64,000 bases of DNA from an uncultured Actinomycetes bacterium (lineage in GTDB: Bacteria > Actinomycetota > Thermoleophilia > Gaiellales > JAICJC01), in NCBI GenBank assembly GCA_963796875.1, contig CAWCNL010000004.1:43616-107615 (forward strand), given 5' to 3'. The position numbers were made by a program, and so were the translations under genes. A model generated the notes under the pieces. It did no database searches. It saw nothing but the letters and a program-made list of their open reading frames with translations, and was not told the DNA's origin. Positions within the stretch are counted from its first letter, which is position 1. Each line of letters opens with the position of its first letter. This document shows positions 1 through 8,255 of this stretch, one piece after another.

Positions 1-56
1 TCGCTCACGGCTACTCCGGTGCGGCTCTTTCCGTAGTCCAGCGCCATCACCTTCAC
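1..56 (-). CDS. ruvX: RuvX/YqgF Holliday-junction-resolvase-like protein, N-terminal fragment (continues past window start)
   Basis: Reverse complement of 1-56 reads VKVMALDYGKSRTGVAVS, the RuvX N-terminal motif. GTGA start/stop overlap with alaS. alaS-ruvX order is conserved in Actinomycetota. Confidence 0.6.
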   Translation of the reverse strand, partial: MKVMALDYGKSRTGVAVS

Positions 57-2635
57 GCCGTTCCCAGAGTGTCGAGCATCAGCGTACGGGCCGCCTCGAT
101 GGCGTGATCGAGCGACTCGGGATCGCTGCCGCCCGCGCGCGCCATGGTGGGCCGGCCGCCGCCGCCGCCGCCCACGATCGGCGCGACCTCGCGGATCACG
201 TCGACGGCCGAGAGCCCGCGCTCCACCGCAACCGGATCGAAGTTTGCAACCAGGTGCACGCGCCCATCTCGGGTCGAGCCGAGCACGATCACAGCCGGCG
301 CGAGCCGCGACTTGAGCCGGTCCGAGGCCTGCAGAAGGCCATCGGGGTCGGCGTCTTTGAGGGCCGCCGCCACCACGTGCAGGCCACCGCGGTCGACCGC
401 CGCGTCGGCGAGCTGGGCATCCACGTCGCCGTTTTGCGCTGCGGGCTGCTTCGCACCGCCCTTGCCCTTCCCCTTGCTCTTGAGCTTGCGGTCGCGGTCG
501 GCGATCGTGGCCTGCAGCTCGTCGACCTGGCGCGATCGCTCGCGCAGCTGGTCGATCGCCGCCGCGGCAGTGATCGCCTCGACCCGCCGTACACCCTGCG
601 ACGAGCTGGTCTCGCGGGTCAGGACGAAGGCGCCGATCTCGGCCGTGGAGCGCACGTGGGTACCGCCGCACAGCTCGCTCGAGACATCGTCGATCTCGAC
701 CACCCGCACGAACTCGCCGTACTTCTCACCGAACAGCATCGTGGCGCCCAGCTCGCGGGCATGCTCGCGGCCGGTGGTGAAGATATGCAGCGGATGGTTC
801 TGCACGATCCACTGGTTGACGTCGTTCTCGACGGTGGCCAGCTGCTCGGTCGACAGCGGCTCGCCGTGGCGGAAATCGAAGCGCAGCTTGTCGGGGCCGA
901 CGTAGGAGCCCGCCTGCGTGACGTGCTCGCCCAGCAGGTCGCGCAGCGCGCGGTGCAGCAGATGCGTGGCCGTGTGGTTGGCGGTGGTCGGCCGCCGCCG
1001 GTCGACATCGACATGGGCCCGCACGCGGTCGCCGCGCAGCAGCTCGCCGCGTTCGAGCTCGACCACCAGCACCTGGTCGTCGTCGAGCCGGATCACGTCG
1101 GTGACCGCGGCGCGGCCCGTCTCGGATTCGATCCAGCCGGCATCGGCCACCTGCCCGCCGCCGCGCGCGTAGAACGGGCTCTCGCGCAGCTTCAGGAGCA
1201 TGCTGGAATCGCCCCCGGCGCTCAGCGCGCCGATGGTGGTGAGCACGTCCAGACGCTCGTAGCCGACGAACTCGGTGGCGAACCCGGCCTCACGGGAGAA
1301 CGCCCCGGCAGCCTCGGTGCCGCGGTCGGCGATCGCGGCGCGGGCGCGCGCGCGCTGGTCGTCCATCAGCGTCGCGAACCCCGCCTCGTCCACCGATCGG
1401 CCGTGCTCGGCGGCGATCTCGGCGGTCATCTCAAAGGGGAATCCATACGTGTCGTGCAGCTTGAACGCGTCCTCGGCGGACACGTTTCCGCCCCGCGAAA
1501 GCAGGTCGTCGAGCAGCCGCTGGCCGGTCTCGAGCGTGCGGCCGAACCGCTGCTCCTCGGCCCGCAGCAGCGCCGAGACAGTCGCCTCGCCGGCGGCGAG
1601 CTCGGGATACACGTCGCCGAGCAGCTCCACGACCCGGGCGTGCAGCCGCGGCAGCAGCTCGCCCTCGATCCCCACCCGGCCGGCCTGCAGCATCGCCCGG
1701 CGGATCACGCGCCGCAGCACGTAGCCGCGGCCCTCGTTGCCCGGCTCGATGCCGTCGGTGGCCAGAAACGTCATCGCGCGGCCGTGGTCGGCGAGCACCC
1801 GCAGCGCCTTGGTCTCCTGCGGCGTGCGGCCGTAGCGCGCAGTGCCCCAGCTCTCGACGGCGTCGATCACGTCGCGAAACGCATCGGTGTCATACACGCT
1901 GTCGACGCCCTCCGAGAGCATCGTCGTTCGCTCGACGCCGCAGCCGGTGTCGATGCTGGGCCGCGGCAGCGGCTCCAGGTCGCCGCCGTCGAGCATGTTG
2001 TACTGCATGAACACCAGGTTCCAGAACTCCAGGAACCGGTCGCAGTCGCAACCCGGCGCGCAGTCGGCGCGGCCGCAGCCATGCTCGGGGCCGCGGTCGA
2101 AGTAGAGCTCCGAACACGGGCCGCACGGGCCCACCGGCCCCGCCTGCCAGAAGTTATCGCCGCCCAGCCGCACGATCCGCTCGGCGGGGATGCCCTTGGC
2201 CTGCCACAGCTCGATGGCCTCGTCGTCGACGGGTACGCGCTCGTCGCCGCGGTAGACGGTCGCCCAGATCTTGTCGCGATCGAACGCGAACCCGTCTTCC
2301 GAGGTGACGAGCTCCCAGGCAAAATCGACCGCCTGCTGCTTGAAGTAGTCGCCGAGCGAGAAGTTGCCCATCATCTCGAAGAACGTCAGATGCCGGGCGG
2401 TGCGGCCGACCTCGTCGATGTCGACGGTGCGAAAGCACTTCTGCACGCTCGTCAGGCGCGGCGACGGCGGCGTGTCCTGGCCCAGGAAGTACTGCTTCAG
2501 CGGCTGCATGCCCGCGGTCGTGATCAGCACGCTCTTATCCCACGCCGGCGGCACCAGCGACCCCGAGGGGATCCTCAGGTGATCCCGGCTCGTGAAGTGG
2601 TTTTGGAAGATGCGGCGGATCTCGTGCGAGCGCAT
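53..2635 (-). CDS. alaS: alanine--tRNA ligase
   Basis: Intact 860-aa ORF with class II AlaRS signatures (FEMMGNFSLGDYFK, GPCGPCSE, editing-domain HTATHLLH, C-terminal GGGGGGRP DHHA1-like tail). Confidence 0.97.
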   Translation of the reverse strand: MRSHEIRRIFQNHFTSRDHLRIPSGSLVPPAWDKSVLITTAGMQPLKQYFLGQDTPPSPRLTSVQKCFRTVDIDEVGRTARHLTFFEMMGNFSLGDYFKQQAVDFAWELVTSEDGFAFDRDKIWATVYRGDERVPVDDEAIELWQAKGIPAERIVRLGGDNFWQAGPVGPCGPCSELYFDRGPEHGCGRADCAPGCDCDRFLEFWNLVFMQYNMLDGGDLEPLPRPSIDTGCGVERTTMLSEGVDSVYDTDAFRDVIDAVESWGTARYGRTPQETKALRVLADHGRAMTFLATDGIEPGNEGRGYVLRRVIRRAMLQAGRVGIEGELLPRLHARVVELLGDVYPELAAGEATVSALLRAEEQRFGRTLETGQRLLDDLLSRGGNVSAEDAFKLHDTYGFPFEMTAEIAAEHGRSVDEAGFATLMDDQRARARAAIADRGTEAAGAFSREAGFATEFVGYERLDVLTTIGALSAGGDSSMLLKLRESPFYARGGGQVADAGWIESETGRAAVTDVIRLDDDQVLVVELERGELLRGDRVRAHVDVDRRRPTTANHTATHLLHRALRDLLGEHVTQAGSYVGPDKLRFDFRHGEPLSTEQLATVENDVNQWIVQNHPLHIFTTGREHARELGATMLFGEKYGEFVRVVEIDDVSSELCGGTHVRSTAEIGAFVLTRETSSSQGVRRVEAITAAAAIDQLRERSRQVDELQATIADRDRKLKSKGKGKGGAKQPAAQNGDVDAQLADAAVDRGGLHVVAAALKDADPDGLLQASDRLKSRLAPAVIVLGSTRDGRVHLVANFDPVAVERGLSAVDVIREVAPIVGGGGGGRPTMARAGGSDPESLDHAIEAARTLMLDTLGTA

Positions 2636-2641
2636 CGGGGC

Positions 2642-2647
2642 ATTCTA
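2642..2647 (-). promoter_or_regulatory. -10 hexamer TAGAAT for leaderless alaS
   Basis: Minus strand reads TAGAAT-GCCCCG-ATG (alaS start 2635), a 6-nt spacer with no Shine-Dalgarno. Confidence 0.5.
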
Positions 2648-2665
2648 CCGACGGGGCCGTCGGGC

Positions 2666-2671
2666 TAGGCT
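2666..2671 (+). promoter_or_regulatory. -10 hexamer TAGGCT for leaderless GroES-like gene
   Basis: TAGGCT-gtgtgc-ATG(2678), a 6-nt spacer with no SD. Confidence 0.5.
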
Positions 2672-2677
2672 GTGTGC

Positions 2678-2992
2678 ATGGAGCCTGACGACATGCTTTC
2701 GCGCTTCGAGGGTTCGGAGCGCTCCGCCCGCGGCATCGAGCCGCTGGACGACTACGTGCTGGTCGAGCCGGTGGACGAGGAGACCGAGACCACCCACGGC
2801 CTGATCATCCCGGCGAGTTCCGATGCGGCCTGTCGCGCCGGAGTGGTGGTGGCGGTGGGCGAGGACGCCCACGGGATCGCCCCCGGCGACAAGGTGCTCT
2901 ATCCGCGCGGCATCGGGTTCGAGCTGCGGCTGGCCGGCGAGCCCAAGAGGCTCATCCAGCGCCACGAACTGATCGCCCGCGTGCTCGACTGA
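2678..2992 (+). CDS. co-chaperonin GroES/Cpn10-family protein (orphan copy, no groEL in window)
   Basis: IEPLDDYVLVEPVDEETETTHGLIIPASS...GVVVAVGED...GDKVLY...IARVL aligns by eye with the Cpn10 consensus (cf. mycobacterial [42 protein letters not shown]). The ORF track start is 2672 (GTG); ATG 2678 fits the -10 spacing. Confidence 0.8.
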   Translation: MEPDDMLSRFEGSERSARGIEPLDDYVLVEPVDEETETTHGLIIPASSDAACRAGVVVAVGEDAHGIAPGDKVLYPRGIGFELRLAGEPKRLIQRHELIARVLD

Positions 2993-3299
2993 TCAGGCAG
3001 ACGCAACAAACGTGCCTGGCACGTCTGTTGCGCTGTCGGTTAGCGCGCATCTTAGCCCGTGTCGGGCGCAGGACGCCTTGCGTCGAGGTCGGCGAATCTC
3101 GCGGTCGGACGGCGAGCTTGCCCTCCTTGCCGGCCATGCGCAGGTCGTCGGGCAGACTCTTCACGTCTTCGGCGATGCGGCCGGGCAGCGACGACAGCAC
3201 CTCGCCCAGCGGTTTGTCCTCCTCGCGGGCGATGTCCATCGCGCGCTTGCCCAGGTAGGCGCCCGCCCCGATCAGGATCAACGCCGGCCCGAGCCGCAT
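2952..3299 (-). CDS. small YtxH-like/hypothetical protein; 3' end uncertain
   Basis: N-terminus MRLGPALILIGAGAYLGKR has a TM/amphipathic start. ATGA overlap with the upstream DUF948 gene. The annotated frame reads through the 2998-3036 palindrome. An alternative frame stops at TAA 3052-3054, so a frameshift is suspected. Confidence 0.45.
   Translation of the reverse strand: MRLGPALILIGAGAYLGKRAMDIAREEDKPLGEVLSSLPGRIAEDVKSLPDDLRMAGKEGKLAVRPRDSPTSTQGVLRPTRAKMRANRQRNRRARHVCCVCLISRARGRSVRGAG
2998..3036. repeat. D-type palindrome CGCAACAAACGTGCC-T-GGCACGTCTGTTGCG between convergent genes (likely bidirectional terminator)
   Basis: ~15-bp arms with 1-2 mismatches, centred at 3017. Related copies at 24668-24708 and 46364-46388. 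Confidence 0.7.
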
Positions 3300-3676
3300 C
3301 AGACCACGCCGCCGCGCTGATCGCGGCGTGTCTTGAACGACTGCAACCCGTGCTTGAGGCCCGCGCTCGCGCCTGCGGCAGCCTTGGCGGGTTTGGAGAT
3401 GGCTTCAGATACCGCCCGCACCGAATGATCGACCTTCTGCGTGGCGTCGACCGCCGAGTCGGTCACGGTGCCGACCTTCTCGAGCTCGTCGTTGACGTGA
3501 TCGACCGAGGTCGAGACCTTGCCGAGCAGCGGCACGATCTCGGGCGTCACGCCGTCCAGCAGCACGTTCACGCGGTCGAGCGTGCCCGATGCGCGCAGCA
3601 GCAGGATCAGCAGGCCCACTGCGGTCAGGATGAGGAACAGCGCAAGTGCCCACTGCCAGGCGTCAGAAGCGTCCAT
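3299..3676 (-). CDS. DUF948-like membrane protein
   Basis: MDASDAWQWALALFLILTAVGLLILLL TM helix followed by a coiled-coil-like V/D/S/T-rich region. It is the C-terminal part of the composite 831-aa ORF; ATG at 3676. Confidence 0.65.
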   Translation of the reverse strand: MDASDAWQWALALFLILTAVGLLILLLRASGTLDRVNVLLDGVTPEIVPLLGKVSTSVDHVNDELEKVGTVTDSAVDATQKVDHSVRAVSEAISKPAKAAAGASAGLKHGLQSFKTRRDQRGGVV

Positions 3677-3699
3677 GCCGCCATCATACCGGGCAGCCG

Positions 3700-5116
3700 T
3701 CAGCTGATGGTGCCGGCCCCGACCACCACGTCGTCCTGGTAGAGCACGGCCGTCTGGCCCGCGGCGATCCCGCCGACCGGCGTCTCGAGTTCGAGTTCGA
3801 ACCCGTCCTCGCACGTGCTCGCGGTGGCCCACACAGGGTCCGATCGGTAGCGCAGCTTGGCCTGCACCCGGCCGCCGGGCACGTGCATCCGGCCGGGGCT
3901 GACCCGCACCGTGCGCCGCTCGCCGGCCGCCCGCGGCCCCACCACCACACGGCCGCTGCTCGGCTCGGTGCGGATCACGTACAGCGGCTCGTTGGCAGCC
4001 ACGCCGACCCCGCGGCGCTGGCCGGGAGTGAAGCGGTGGATTCCGGCGTGCCGGCCCAGCACCGCGCCATCCTGCGCGACGATCTCGCCCGCCGGCCCAG
4101 CACCTCCGAAGCGCTCCAGAAACGCGCGATGGTCGCCGCCGCCGACGAAGCACACCTCCTGGCTCTCGGCCCGTCCGGCCGCCTCGAGGCCCGCGGCGCG
4201 TGCCTGCGCGCGCGTTTCGGCCTTCGTCTGCTCGCCCAGCGGAAACCAGCAGCGCGTCGAGGATCTCTGCAGGCACGCCGGCCAGCATGTAGGACTGATC
4301 CTTGGCCGGATCGATGCCGCGGGCCAGGAACGCCCGGTCGCCGCGGTGGGTGACCCGCGCATAGTGTCCGGTCGCGATCCGCTCTGCGCCGGCCCGGTCG
4401 GCGAAGTCGGCGAGTGCATCGAACCGAAAGGCCGAGTTGCAGCGCACGCACGGGTTGGGTGTCGCGCCACTCGCGTATGCGGCGACGAAGCCATCGACCA
4501 CCGCCGCGCGAAACTCCTCGCGCAAGTCGAGCCCGAAGTGCGCTGCACCCAGCCGGTGGCAGGCGGCCCGCGCCGCCCGTACCGAGTCGGGTGAGCAGCA
4601 GGCGCGCTCCGATCGCGGCGCCGCCGGATCGATCCACAGCCGCAGCGTGACCCCAACCGGCTCGAATCCCGCCTCCCGCACCTTGAGGAGCGCCGTCGCG
4701 CTGTCCACCCCACCCGACATCGCCACGGCGACACGGCTGGTATCAACCGCTGCCGGCGAGCGATCCAGCGCGGTCGCGAGCGCCGCAGCCAGTGCGTCGA
4801 CGGCGACGTCGAGACAGCCGCGACGGCGCAGTTCGAGTCCCAGCTCGGCCTCGAGCTGAGGCAGCCCCAGCGCGGCGGCTTCCAGCACGGTGCCGCCCTC
4901 GGCCCACCGGCACAGGAGCGCCGCCGCGGCGGTCGCGTGCGGACAGCCGAAGGTCGTGTGCCGGGCGGCCTTGATCCGCCCGTCCTCGAGCTGCAGCTCG
5001 ATGCGCACGGTGTCGCCACAGGTGGGGTTTCCGGCCTCGCCGCACGCCGCGCCGGGGCCGGCCGACCCTGCCCGCTCGACGTTCAGTGAGTGACGGATGA
5101 CGGCGTCTGAGTACAC
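3700..5116 (-). CDS. mnmA: IscU/NifU-N-like scaffold domain fused in frame to tRNA 2-thiouridine(34) synthase MnmA; one apparent frameshift near 4241-4250
   Basis: IscU motifs NPTCGD, FGCPHA, RRGC are followed without a stop by the MnmA PP-loop VAMSGGVDS, then PNPCVRCN, and FPLGEQTKAETRA..ESQEVCF in the adjacent frame. C-terminus ends at 3700. Confidence 0.8.
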
Positions 5117-6237
5117 GCGTCGATGGTACCGGGTGCCAGCTGGTCGAGGATCTGGCCGAGCGCGGCGACGAACCCGTCGATGCCCGGGGCCGTGCAGTCG
5201 TGACCCAGCGAAACCCGGATCACGGCGCGGCTCTGTTGCGGCGTCAGGCCCAGCGCGAGCAGCACGTGGCTCGGCTCGTCGTCGCCCGCAGCACAGGCCG
5301 AGCCGGCCGAGACCTGGTAGCCCGCCTCGTCGAGTGCGAGCACCATCAGCTCTGCGCGCACGCCGGGCAGCTGCAGCAGCGAGGTGCCCGGCAGCCGCGG
5401 CGCCGCGGCACACAGCGGTACGACTCCCGCAGGGAGGCGGGTTTCGAGGCGATCGCGCAGCTCGGCGCGGCTCGTCCGGCCGGTCGAGCGAGTCGTCGAA
5501 CGCCGCCGCGAATCCGACCACGCCGGCCACGTTCTCGGTGCCCGAGCGCCGCCCGCCCTCCTGTCCACCGCCGAGGATCAGCGGTGGCAGGGCATGCGCA
5601 GCACGCGCCACCAGCGCGCCGGTGCCCTTCGGCCCGCCCAGCTTGTGGGCCGAGAGCGCGAGCGTGTCTGCACCCAGGCCGGCGAAGTCCAGCGGCACAC
5701 CGGCGGCGGCCTGCACCGCGTCCACGTGCATGGGCACGCCGATCTCGCGGCACGCCGCCGCCGCGCGGTGCACCGGCTGCAGCACTCCGGTCACGTTGTT
5801 GGCCCATATCAGCGCCGCAAGGACGGTCTGGGATGTGAGCGCGGCCGTGAACTCGTCCGCGTCGACGCCGCCGTCGGCCGCCGGGGGCCACCCACACGAC
5901 CTCGAACCCGCGCCGCTCGAGCTCGAGCACGGGCTCGCGCACGGCTGCGTGCTCGATGGCGGAGCAGACGATGCGCCCGGGGACGCGCCCGGCCAGGCCG
6001 AAGACAGCCTGGTTGGACGCCTCGGTGCCGCTGCCCGTGAAGATCACCTGACCCGGCTGGGCGCCGACACAGCGGGCGATCGTCGCCCGTGCGTCCTCGA
6101 GTGCCAGCCGCGCGTCGCGGCCCAGCGGCGTGCGGCTCGGACGGGTTGCCGAACCGCTCGCTCCAGAACGGCTCCATCGCCGCCCGGGCGGCGTCGCTCA
6201 GGGGCGTCGTGGCGGCATTGTCGAGATAGAGGCCCAT
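5083..6237 (-). CDS. iscS: cysteine desulfurase (IscS/NifS family), three apparent frameshifts (~6118-6124, 5883-5887, ~5462-5475)
   Basis: Four frame pieces join into MGLYLDNAATTP...IFTGSGTEASNQAV...SAIEHAAV...HVDAVQAAG...SAHKLGGPKGTGAL...GGGQEGGRRSGTENV...SAGSACA... Confidence 0.85.
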
Positions 6238-6244
6238 GGGCGGG

Positions 6245-6250
6245 AGGATA
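6245..6250 (-). promoter_or_regulatory. -10 hexamer TATCCT for leaderless iscS
   Basis: Minus strand reads TATCCT-CCCGCCC-ATG(6237), a 7-nt spacer. Confidence 0.45.
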
Positions 6251-6255
6251 CGCGG

Positions 6256-6355
6256 TGCATAAAAGGGGACAGTCCCCTTTTATGCATGGGCGAACCGTCC
6301 AAGGATTCAGCCAACGTCACTGATGCATAAAAAGGGGACTGTCCCCTTTTATGCA
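6256..6355. repeat. A-type double-hairpin element: two copies of TGCATAAAAGGGGAC(A/T)GTCCCCTTTTATGCA separated by 37 nt
   Basis: Perfect 31-32-nt palindromes at 6256-6286 and 6324-6355. A related element lies at 59363-59456. Confidence 0.85.
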
Positions 6356-6489
6356 CATGCCGACGCCTGAGGCTGGGCGATCAACCACTCTACGGATGTT
6401 TCGGTTGATCTGACCACCGCCTCGGCGCGGTGATTGTCGCACGACGTTTAAAGAAGTGCGCTTGTCAAAATGGCGCCGGCAACCACACG

Positions 6490-8255
6490 CTAGCGCAGGC
6501 CGTCAGGTTTCGCCACGACCCGAATGCTGTACTGGTCGAGCTCGGCCTGGGTGGCCTCGGTGGGCGCGCCGGTGAGAAAATCGACGCCTCCCTGGCCCTT
6601 CGGAAATGCAGTCACGTCGCGGATCGAATCGGTCGCCCGCCAGGAGCATCGCAAGCCGATCGAGACCGAAGGCAATACCGCCGTGGGGCGGCGCTCCCAT
6701 CGACAGCGCCCGCAGCAGGAACGAGAACTTCAGCTCGGCCTCCTCGGCCGAGATACCGAGCAGCTCGAACACCCGCTGCTGCTTGTCCATCTGGTGGTTA
6801 CGGCGCGATCCGCCGCCGACCTCGTTGCCGTTCAGCACCAGGTCGTACTGTCGCGAGCGCGCGGCGGCGGGATCCTGGTCGAACGTCTCCTCCCACCCCA
6901 GCGCCGGCGCCGAGAACGGGTTGTGCGACGCCTTCCAGCGGCCCTCGTCGGGCAGCCACTCGAACATCGGGAAGTCGGTCACCCAGACGAAGTTCCAGCC
7001 CTCCTGGATCAGTCCCAGGCGCTCACCGAGGTGCAGCCGCAGCGGCCCCAGCACGCGCACCGCCGCGTCGACCTGGTCGGCCACCAGGAAGATCGTGTCG
7101 CCCGGCCCCGCGCCGGCGGCCGCGACGATCGACGCGATTTCGCCGGCCGAGAAGAACTTGGCCGTGGGAGAGGTGACCTCGCCGTTCTCCTGCACCTGTA
7201 GCCACAGCAGTCCCTTACCGCCCCACGAAGCGCAGAAGTCGACCAGATCCTTGAAGTCCTTGCGCGAGAAGTCCTGCGCGCCCGGGCACCGCAAACCCTC
7301 GCACCACCCCACCGGAGGCGATCACCGCGCCGAACGATTTGAACTCGGTGTCGCGCAGCACCTCGGTAACGTCGGCGATCTCGCAGCCAAAGCGCGTGTC
7401 GGGCTTGTCCGACGCATACCGCAGCGTCGCCTCGTCCCAGGTGAGGTGGTGAAACGGCGTGGGCAGGTCGACCCCGGCAAGCTCCTTCCAGAGCACCGTG
7501 AACAGCCCCTCGAGCAGCTCGAACAGGTCCTCGGGCTCGATGAACGCGAGTTCCATGTCGAGCTGCGTGAACTCGGCGGTGCGGTCGGCGCGGGTGGCCT
7601 CGTCGCGGAAGCAGCGGGCGATCTGGTAGTAGCGCTCGTACCCGGCGATCACATAGAGCTGCTTGTAGGTCTGCGGCGACTGCGGCAGCGCGTAGAACTT
7701 GCCGGGATGCGTCGATGTCGGCACCAGGAACTCCTTGGCGCCCTCGGGCGTCGACTTGTACAGAATCGGCGTCTCGAGCTCCCAGAACCCGTGATCCTCC
7801 AGGTAGCGGCGGATCAGCTGGGTAAGCCGGAAACGCACGCGGATGTTCTCGCGCATCGCGTCGCGGCGCAGATCGAGATAGCGATGCCGCAGCCGCAGCG
7901 TCTCGTCGACGCCCTCGTCGTCGAGCTGGAACGGCAGCACGGCCGCCCTCGAGAGGATTTCCATCTCGGTCACGCCGACCTCGACCTGGCCGGTGGCCAG
8001 CCGCGGATTGACGTTCTGGGCATCGCGGGCGCGCACCTCGCCGGACACCTTGATCACGAACTCGTTGCGCAGCGCATGCGCATCGGGCAGCCGCTCGGGG
8101 TTGAGCACCAGCTGCACCACCCCACCCGCGTCGCGCAGGTCGACGAACACCAGGCCGCCGTGGTCGCGGCGCCGCGCCACCCAGCCCGACAGCGTGACGG
8201 TGCGGCCGACATCGTCTGCCCGCAGATCGCCGCCCAGGTCGGTTCTGAAACTCAC
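6490..8255 (-). CDS. aspS: aspartate--tRNA ligase, two apparent frameshifts (~7293-7300, ~6636-6640)
   Basis: OB-fold N-terminus (VTLSGWVARRRDHGGLVFVDLRD), motif 2 FYQIARCFRDE, motif 3 GGIAFGLDRLAMLL and DSIRDVTAFPK are spread over three frames. Confidence 0.9.

Noticed and set aside
104-2668. 854-aa plus-strand ORF antisense to alaS. Similar long antisense or out-of-frame ORFs exist at 6606-8681, 10660-12531, 13220-14932, 15902-17488, 18183-20573, 28099-29874, 30077-31756, 46286-48313 and 60563-62479.
   Set aside because: They are Arg/Ala/Gly/Pro-rich translations with no recognisable motifs, and they lie opposite or out of frame to genes with clear conserved motifs. This is the typical stop-codon-poor artefact of high-GC DNA.
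3299-5794. Single 831-aa ORF in the track.
   Set aside because: It is a composite. It strings together the middle of iscS, the IscU-like domain, the first half of mnmA, out-of-frame mnmA sequence and the DUF948 gene, because one frame happens to lack stops.
6360-6500. TTGACA-containing stretch (minus strand around 6456-6461) as the iscS -35/-10 promoter, and the hairpin GATCAACC-N16-GGTTGATC.
   Set aside because: No acceptable -10 lies at 16-18 nt from the TTGACA. The TATCCT-N7-ATG arrangement at 6245-6250 explains iscS expression better. The hairpin is noted, but its function is unknown.
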